The notes beneath the pieces are model-generated. The model saw only the letters and a list, made by a program, of their open reading frames with translations. It was not told the origin of the DNA and searched no databases. From a virus (Duplodnaviria; Caudoviricetes): 46,891 bases of DNA. The position numbers were made by a program, and so were the translations under genes. This document shows positions 41,682-46,891 of this stretch, piece after piece; position 1 is the first letter of the stretch; each line of letters opens with the position of its first letter. The stretch is from positions 1 to 46,891 of the IMG/VR virus record IMGVR_UViG_3300032244_000243; one strand, 5' to 3'.

Positions 41682-42230
41682 ATGTCTCGCGAACAAGTTC
41701 TGACATGCGGCGAATACGCGACCGAGCCCGACGCTGTGGCGTCGCTGCTCGCCATCGTCAACCCCGCCCACTGGCTGGTCATGCAGGAAGTGAACGGCTG
41801 GATGCTGCATCCTAGGCTCGACACGATCGGGAGCGGTCGCCCTCGAATCGACGTGCTACTCCAGCCGACGCGGGCGTTGATCGAGAACGGGTGGCGGTGG
41901 GGCATCGTTGGCATTGAGTGCAAGAAGTCGGCGACCAAGATCGGCCGCGTCGTGTCGCAAGCGATGGACTACACGCGATGCGTCTGGGATACGCCGAACG
42001 GCTTCGCGGTGATGTCGCGGTTCGTGTTTGTCTGGCCGTGCGAGCCGCCGAAGAACGACCTCGAATCAGTGATGGTGCAGCATCGGATCGGGGTCGCACA
42101 TCCGCGAGGCCGTGACGCCGAGCGGCTGGTGCTGTGGTTCAACGGAACGATCGCCTACGCGGACAACGGCGAGGCCGATCCTCGGGTGGCGATTGATCTT
42201 CGCGGCGGCAGCAAACAAGGCAGTAGGTGA
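41682..42230 (+). CDS. PD-(D/E)xK nuclease-like protein
   Basis: RIDVLL...GIECKK...QAMDY. Confidence 0.68.
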   Translation: MSREQVLTCGEYATEPDAVASLLAIVNPAHWLVMQEVNGWMLHPRLDTIGSGRPRIDVLLQPTRALIENGWRWGIVGIECKKSATKIGRVVSQAMDYTRCVWDTPNGFAVMSRFVFVWPCEPPKNDLESVMVQHRIGVAHPRGRDAERLVLWFNGTIAYADNGEADPRVAIDLRGGSKQGSR

Positions 42231-43996
42231 GCATGGACGCTCTCGACCAGTGCATTGATTTCCTCGGCTGCATCTTCGAGCCCGAAGATGTGATCGAGTT
42301 CCGACCGCTTCCACCGTCGGCGGGCCGTCGATGGTCTACGCTCGCCGAGCTCCCCGACATCGTGGAGTGGCTGCACGGGCTGAACACTGAGCAGCTACGC
42401 GTTCACGCCTACTTCGGGGCGAACCCGAGGAAGGCGACGGGGCAGAGTCAGGCCGAAGGCGTCGCCTTGGCCCGGTGCCTGTTCGCCGACTTCGACGGCG
42501 GCGTGATCCTCGAAGATGCCTACGCCCGAATCAAGGCGGCTGGGCTGCCCTGGCCGACTGCCATCCTCGAAAGCGGCGGCGGGGTTCATGCGTGGTGGCG
42601 ACTTGATGAGCCGATGACCGACGCGAACGCGTGGCACGAGCGGATGAAGGCGATCTCTTCGGCTCTCGGCAGCGACTCGTCCATCTGCGATTGGCCCAGG
42701 ATCATGCGTCTACCGGGCTTCGTGAACTGGAAGCACGAGCAACGCCCGCTCGCGGTTCTATCGGACTGCGACGCGACGCGGATCTACCCGCTCGATCGGT
42801 TCCGCAAGACGGCATCGCAGAGCGTGGTCGTGCAGGCCAAGAGCATGAGCGACCTCACGCGGCGGTTCCTAGAGGAAGGGTTCACGCTCCCCGCCGGGCG
42901 ACGGCAGACGATGTTCACGGTCGCCTGCGACATGGCGGCTCGAGGCTGGGGCGTGCAGGAAACGATCTCGACGATCATGGAGCGGATGCGTCGCGTCGGG
43001 CTGCGGGGCGACGATCTTGAAGACTGTCCGCGTCAGATCGCCAACGCGTGGAAGCGGCCCCGGCTGCCGATCCTTGGGCAAGCCGAGGAAGCGGTGCCGG
43101 TCGCGGATGCCAGCGAAGAGACGAAGACGCCCACGCTGGTGGATGCCATCGAGGCGTGGAGCAAACAGGAAGAGACGCCAGCGATCCCGACCGGCATCCC
43201 TTCGATCGACAAGCTGTTCGACGGCGGGCTGCCGCTGGGACAGATGACCGCCGTCGCGGCGGCTCCCGGCGTAGGGAAGTCTGCACTCGCGATGCAGTTG
43301 GCGATCGACTGCCTAGAGCAGAACCCCGGCATGGTCGCGGTCTGGTGCCTCGGGGAGATGACGCGGGCCGCCCTCGGGGCGAGGGCGATCACGACGTTTG
43401 GCGGCCGGGAGAACTCGCTCACGCTGCAAGACGTGATCCACAAGCAGGGCAACGCTCGGAAACTCGCAGTCGATCTCTCGAACAAGGTCGGCGACCGGCT
43501 GAAGTTGGTCGAGGCTCCGCTGCTCATGGACAAGATCGAGCAGTGCATCAACAAGGACAAGCCTGCACTGTTGATCGTGGACTACCTCCAACTCATACGG
43601 GCGAATCGCCACTTTCAAGACAAGACCGGCGAGATCAATGAATGCCTGCTCAAACTCCGCGAACTGACCACGACCCGGAACATCGCGACCCTGTTGGTGA
43701 CGAATGTTGCCAAGGGCTGCGACGCGAGCACCGAGATCGGGAACATCGGCAAAGGTTCCAACCAGATCGACTACGACTGCGACAACTTTCTATTCGGCCA
43801 CCGGACTGGAGAGGTCGGGGCCGACGGCGAACTGCTGGTCGAGTGGAAGTGCAAGAAGCTGCGTCAGGGCCAGATGGCCGACGTTCAACTCTGGTTCTAC
43901 GGCAAGTATCAGCGGTTCGAGGATGCCGCCGCCGCTGCCGAGATCCCTGAGTTCGCGGCCCATGCCCCGAAAGCCCAAGATTGGGGGCGGTTCTGA
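42227..43996 (+). CDS. Primase-helicase: RepB'-like AEP primase fused to DnaB-like SF4 helicase
   Basis: LFADFD, SGGGVHAWW, RIMRLPGF; TGIPSIDKLFDGG, AAPGVGKS, IVDYLQLI. Confidence 0.88.
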   Translation: MSMDALDQCIDFLGCIFEPEDVIEFRPLPPSAGRRWSTLAELPDIVEWLHGLNTEQLRVHAYFGANPRKATGQSQAEGVALARCLFADFDGGVILEDAYARIKAAGLPWPTAILESGGGVHAWWRLDEPMTDANAWHERMKAISSALGSDSSICDWPRIMRLPGFVNWKHEQRPLAVLSDCDATRIYPLDRFRKTASQSVVVQAKSMSDLTRRFLEEGFTLPAGRRQTMFTVACDMAARGWGVQETISTIMERMRRVGLRGDDLEDCPRQIANAWKRPRLPILGQAEEAVPVADASEETKTPTLVDAIEAWSKQEETPAIPTGIPSIDKLFDGGLPLGQMTAVAAAPGVGKSALAMQLAIDCLEQNPGMVAVWCLGEMTRAALGARAITTFGGRENSLTLQDVIHKQGNARKLAVDLSNKVGDRLKLVEAPLLMDKIEQCINKDKPALLIVDYLQLIRANRHFQDKTGEINECLLKLRELTTTRNIATLLVTNVAKGCDASTEIGNIGKGSNQIDYDCDNFLFGHRTGEVGADGELLVEWKCKKLRQGQMADVQLWFYGKYQRFEDAAAAAEIPEFAAHAPKAQDWGRF

Positions 43997-44637
43997 TGGC
44001 ACGCGGAAAGAAAAAGACCGGGAACCAAGCCGACCCGAAGGGCGAGATGCGTCGCCGCTGGGGTGCTCTCTGGGAGAGCGGGGCTTTCTGCCGCATCGGA
44101 GCCCAAGGGCTCCGCATGGCCCTCTGGGCTTTCTATAGGGGCGACTTCGCCTCGTGCGAGGTTCGCGTTAGCGTCCGCGAGATCGCCCGGCAGATGGGCG
44201 TAGGGACATCCTCGGTGCATCGGGGGCTGAACGAGCTTCTCGCCGAGGGGATTTTGGTGCTCGTGAGAGGCGGCGGGCAGGGACGGCGGTCGGTCTACAT
44301 GGTCTCCAACTGCGCCCCCGTTGGGAACAGCACTGTTCCAACCGTTGGGACGAACTGTTCCGAAGGTCGGCAACAACTGTTCCCACCTTTGGGACGAACT
44401 GTTCCTACCTCTGGGACGAACTGCGCCCCCGTTGGGAACAAACTGCGCCCCCATGTGGAACCATTGACAGTCTTATCCATTGGTAATCCAAGCATTACCA
44501 ATGGATATATCAAGGCGGATGCGGCAGGGGCCGGTTCAAGACCGGCCCCGCCGCTCCGCGAACACCGGAGGATTCGCGATGACGATGACGGCGAAGGAAC
44601 GCCCGCCTCTGACGAAGCGGCAGCGTCAGGTACTTGA
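43996..44637 (+). CDS. Replication initiator-like wHTH protein containing iterons
   Basis: SVREIARQMGVGTSSVHRGLNELL..G HTH; internal 22-bp repeats as in lambda O-type genes. Confidence 0.7.
   Translation: MARGKKKTGNQADPKGEMRRRWGALWESGAFCRIGAQGLRMALWAFYRGDFASCEVRVSVREIARQMGVGTSSVHRGLNELLAEGILVLVRGGGQGRRSVYMVSNCAPVGNSTVPTVGTNCSEGRQQLFPPLGRTVPTSGTNCAPVGNKLRPHVEPLTVLSIGNPSITNGYIKADAAGAGSRPAPPLREHRRIRDDDDGEGTPASDEAAASGT
44308..44462 (+). repeat. Seven 22-bp iteron-like direct repeats (putative origin)
   Basis: Units AACTG(TT/CG)CC....TGGGA.. starting at 44308, 44331, 44353, 44375, 44397, 44419, 44441. Confidence 0.82.
44474..44507. repeat. AT-rich 14-bp perfect inverted repeat next to the iterons
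   Basis: TATCCATTGGTAAT-ccaagc-ATTACCAATGGATA. Confidence 0.8.
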
Positions 44638-44821
44638 CGAGATCACGAGATTCGTTGAACAGCACGGCTACTGCACAAGCGTGCGGGAGTTGATGCGGAA
44701 GTTCGGGTGGACGAGCCCAAACTCGGTAGTGACGCACCTTCGCACGCTGCGTGCTTCCGGGCTCGTGCAATGGGAACCCGGCGTCGCTCGAACGCTACGC
44801 CCGACCGGAGAGAAGCCATGA
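44579..44821 (+). CDS. LexA-like DNA-binding domain protein (no peptidase domain)
   Basis: LTKRQRQVLD.I...GY..SVREL...G..SPNSV..HL..L...G. Confidence 0.85.
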   Translation: MTMTAKERPPLTKRQRQVLDEITRFVEQHGYCTSVRELMRKFGWTSPNSVVTHLRTLRASGLVQWEPGVARTLRPTGEKP

Positions 44822-45075
44822 GACGCCGCCCCCTCGCCCCCTCGGTGGTCGCCAATCTCTGCGAGGCGCACTCGTGGGATGACGATGTAAACGACGGTGC
44901 CCGCCGAGCCCTGGAGCTCGCCCATCACCACATCCGCAGGCTCGCGGCCCGAGCCTCGCGGTGTGCGATGCGGGCCGAGCACTTCGAGGCGAAGTGCGAG
45001 CGGCTCGAAGAAGACAACCGCCGGATGGCGAAGTACCTCCAAGCCCTGCTCAAGCAGCAAGGCGGTGCCGCATGA
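44818..45075 (+). CDS. Hypothetical coiled-coil protein
   Basis: GGAG SD; ATGA overlap. Confidence 0.65.
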   Translation: MRRRPLAPSVVANLCEAHSWDDDVNDGARRALELAHHHIRRLAARASRCAMRAEHFEAKCERLEEDNRRMAKYLQALLKQQGGAA

Positions 45076-45275
45076 CGATCGAACAACTCACGCTGATCTG
45101 CGTGGGAGTGCTGGTGAACGGACTGACATTCGCCCTCGGGATTCTCTCGGGGGCTTCCCTACGTCGAAAGGATTTGACCCATGACCGCGACCGCAACCAA
45201 GCCCGCCAAGGCTCGCAAGACCCGAACTGGTGGCATCGTGCTCAACGCCGCGACGCTCGCAAGGGCGATTCGTGA
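45072..45275 (+). CDS. Small membrane protein
   Basis: LTLICVGVLVNGLTFALGILSG transmembrane segment; overlaps the dnaN start. Confidence 0.55.
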   Translation: MTIEQLTLICVGVLVNGLTFALGILSGASLRRKDLTHDRDRNQARQGSQDPNWWHRAQRRDARKGDS

Positions 45276-46362
45276 GGTCGAGCCAGCGGTGCCTAGCCGC
45301 AGCCCTAGGCCGGTGCTCCAGAACGTGCTGCTCGCCGACGGGCACCTGACGGGCACCGACCTCGAACTGCGGATCTCGGTGCCGCTGCCCGAGGCGACCG
45401 GCCCGGCGATGCTCCTGCCGTTCGCCCGTCTGAAGGCGATCGTCTCGACCCTGCACCCGACCGACGCGGTGACGATCATTGCCGACGGCACGAAGTGCAG
45501 GATCGAGGCTCGCGGCGGCGAGTGGACGATTCCCGTCGAGGATGCCGCCGAGTTCCCGGCAGCGACGGCGACCAGCGGCACGAGCATCGGTCGGCTCCCG
45601 GCCGATCAGTTCGTCTCGCTCGTGAATGCGGTGCGGTTCTCGACCGACACCGAATCCAGCCGCTACGCCCTCGGGGCGGTTTGCGTCGAGTTCGAGCGGG
45701 GCGAGTCCGACTCCGAGACCGGGCTGATCTCGTTTGTCGCGACCGACGGGCGGCGAATGAGCGTGGCGGCTGCCGAGGTCGCGAGCCAGGATCTCGACAA
45801 CTCGCAGACGCTGGTGCCTTCGCGGGCGATCGCCGCCCTGGTGCGGCTCGCGGGCGGGGGCGAAGCGGTGCAGATGCTGGCGACCGACACCGAGTTCGTC
45901 GCCATCGTCGGCACCTATGACGAGGAGACGGGCGTGACGGGCACGACGCTCCACGCCCGGCTGACCGAGGGCCGGTTCCCTCGGTGGCGTGACGTTGACC
46001 AGAAGCACGACGTGCCCGCGAGCACGGCGGTGATCGGCGATCTGCTCCACGCGATCCGCATGGCGGAAATCTGCACGAGCGAGAGCAGCAAGAGCGTCAC
46101 GTTGACGGTGACGCCTGACGGCATCGACCTCGCGGCCCAGGCTGCCGAGACCGGGCAGGCGCAGGTTCACTGCGATCTCGTGACGGCGGGGCAGCCGGTG
46201 ACGGTCAGGATCGACCCGCGATTCGCCTCGCAGTGGCTGGCGTGCGGTTCGTTCGACATGGCCGAGGCGGTGCGTCTGGAAGCCGTCGATGCTCAGTCGG
46301 CGGTCGTGCTGCGGTGCGGCGACCATTGCCGCACGATCATCATGCCGATGGCGGATGAGTGA
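45181..46362 (+). CDS. dnaN: DNA polymerase III beta sliding clamp homolog
   Basis: PVLQNVL, GTDLE, AEFP, ESSRYAL, VATDGRRM, EGRFPRWRDV, IIMPM. Confidence 0.9.
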   Translation: MTATATKPAKARKTRTGGIVLNAATLARAIREVEPAVPSRSPRPVLQNVLLADGHLTGTDLELRISVPLPEATGPAMLLPFARLKAIVSTLHPTDAVTIIADGTKCRIEARGGEWTIPVEDAAEFPAATATSGTSIGRLPADQFVSLVNAVRFSTDTESSRYALGAVCVEFERGESDSETGLISFVATDGRRMSVAAAEVASQDLDNSQTLVPSRAIAALVRLAGGGEAVQMLATDTEFVAIVGTYDEETGVTGTTLHARLTEGRFPRWRDVDQKHDVPASTAVIGDLLHAIRMAEICTSESSKSVTLTVTPDGIDLAAQAAETGQAQVHCDLVTAGQPVTVRIDPRFASQWLACGSFDMAEAVRLEAVDAQSAVVLRCGDHCRTIIMPMADE

Positions 46363-46432
46363 ACCCCGTGCCGGGCGGCTGGCGGGGGGTGCCCGCCAGC
46401 CTGCCCCGGCTCATCCCGAGAGGAGGAACGAG

Positions 46433-46753
46433 ATGGATCTCGCCCGACTGATTGCGTTGTGGTCAGACCGCACGCTCCGCACCGATGAAGTTGCGGAGCA
46501 ACTGGGGTGCTCGCTTCAGATGCTCTACAAGCTCGCCGCCCGGCACGGGCTCGGTCGCCGCAAGGGGCCGCGCAAGAAACAGCGGTCGAGGGACGATGGC
46601 ACCGAGATCACTTGGCGTGACCCGACGCCCGATGAGATTGAGCGGCTGAAGGAAGAACTCTGGCAGCGGAAGCTCGCGAAGCTGCGGGTCGAGACGCCGC
46701 AGGAGACTGCCGAGCGTGTGCTGCGAGAGTTCGGGGAGGTCTACGCAGGCTGA
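46433..46753 (+). CDS. HTH protein (GcrA-like N-terminus)
   Basis: AGGAGG SD; LIALW...DEVAEQLGCS...LAARHGL..R; DPTPDEI. Confidence 0.68.
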   Translation: MDLARLIALWSDRTLRTDEVAEQLGCSLQMLYKLAARHGLGRRKGPRKKQRSRDDGTEITWRDPTPDEIERLKEELWQRKLAKLRVETPQETAERVLREFGEVYAG

Positions 46754-46891
46754 TGGCTGCACCGCTGATCGCACTCACCGGGATCATCTATGCGGGCGTC
46801 TGCCTCGATCTCGCGATGCGGGGACGGTATGACCTCGCGATCGCCTACGCGGGCTACGCGTTCGCGAATGTGGGGCTGTACTACGCGGCGA
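46753..46891 (+). CDS. 48-aa membrane protein spanning the circular junction (continues to stop at 129-131)
   Basis: MAAPLIALTGIIYAGVCLDLAMRGRYDLAIAYAGYAFANVGLYYAART*; TGATG coupling. Confidence 0.7.
   Translation, partial: MAAPLIALTGIIYAGVCLDLAMRGRYDLAIAYAGYAFANVGLYYAA
46769..46891 (+). repeat. 123-bp terminal direct repeat, right copy
   Basis: Identical to nt 1-123. Confidence 0.95.

Larger units (their letters stand above)
1..46891. mobile_element. Complete temperate siphovirus-like phage genome (HK97-type head), circularly permuted
   Basis: Terminase, portal, protease, capsid, neck, tape measure, integrase and replication genes in canonical order; no host housekeeping blocks; identical ends. 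Confidence 0.96.

Noticed and set aside
44308-44462. CRISPR array
   Set aside because: Repeats are contiguous and degenerate with no unique spacers and no cas genes; they fit iterons
44579-44821. Full LexA/CI SOS-cleavable repressor
   Set aside because: Only the 80-aa DNA-binding domain is present, with no S24 peptidase domain

Overview
The window is a complete, circularly permuted genome of a GC-rich temperate tailed phage. It has about 46,768 bp of unique sequence, and nt 1-123 are repeated exactly at 46769-46891. Head genes are HK97-type and the tail is long and non-contractile (siphovirus-like). A Planctomycetota host is inferred from the DnaN-like protein and gene content, but not proven. 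Almost all genes are on the + strand. Modules in order: small accessory genes, RusA, methyltransferase/glycosyltransferase cluster, putative lysis block (papain-like protease, lipoprotein, holin-like genes), HNH, two ParB-like genes, C5 methyltransferase, terminase, portal (fused to HAD and Tudor-like domains), protease, capsid, a glycosyltransferase, neck, tail, metallophosphoesterase/DUF1599 block, tyrosine integrase (- strand) with control region, and early/replication genes (Sak4, SSB-like, SNF2, N4/N6 MTase, primase-helicase, iteron-containing initiator, LexA-like HTH, beta clamp). The most striking unexplained structure is at nt 158-800. The two accessory genes there are bounded by integron-type sites on the - strand: one full attC hairpin, one half attC and one attI-like simple site. 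The ends of one 348-bp unit regain perfect 10-bp complementarity only when it is circularised, which is the signature of an integron gene cassette, yet the phage encodes no IntI. Other notable signals are a TTGACA-N7-CACnnT motif in three copies, possible virion glycosylation, and hairpin RNAs with anti-Shine-Dalgarno loops. All calls come from reading motifs by eye; no searches were run.
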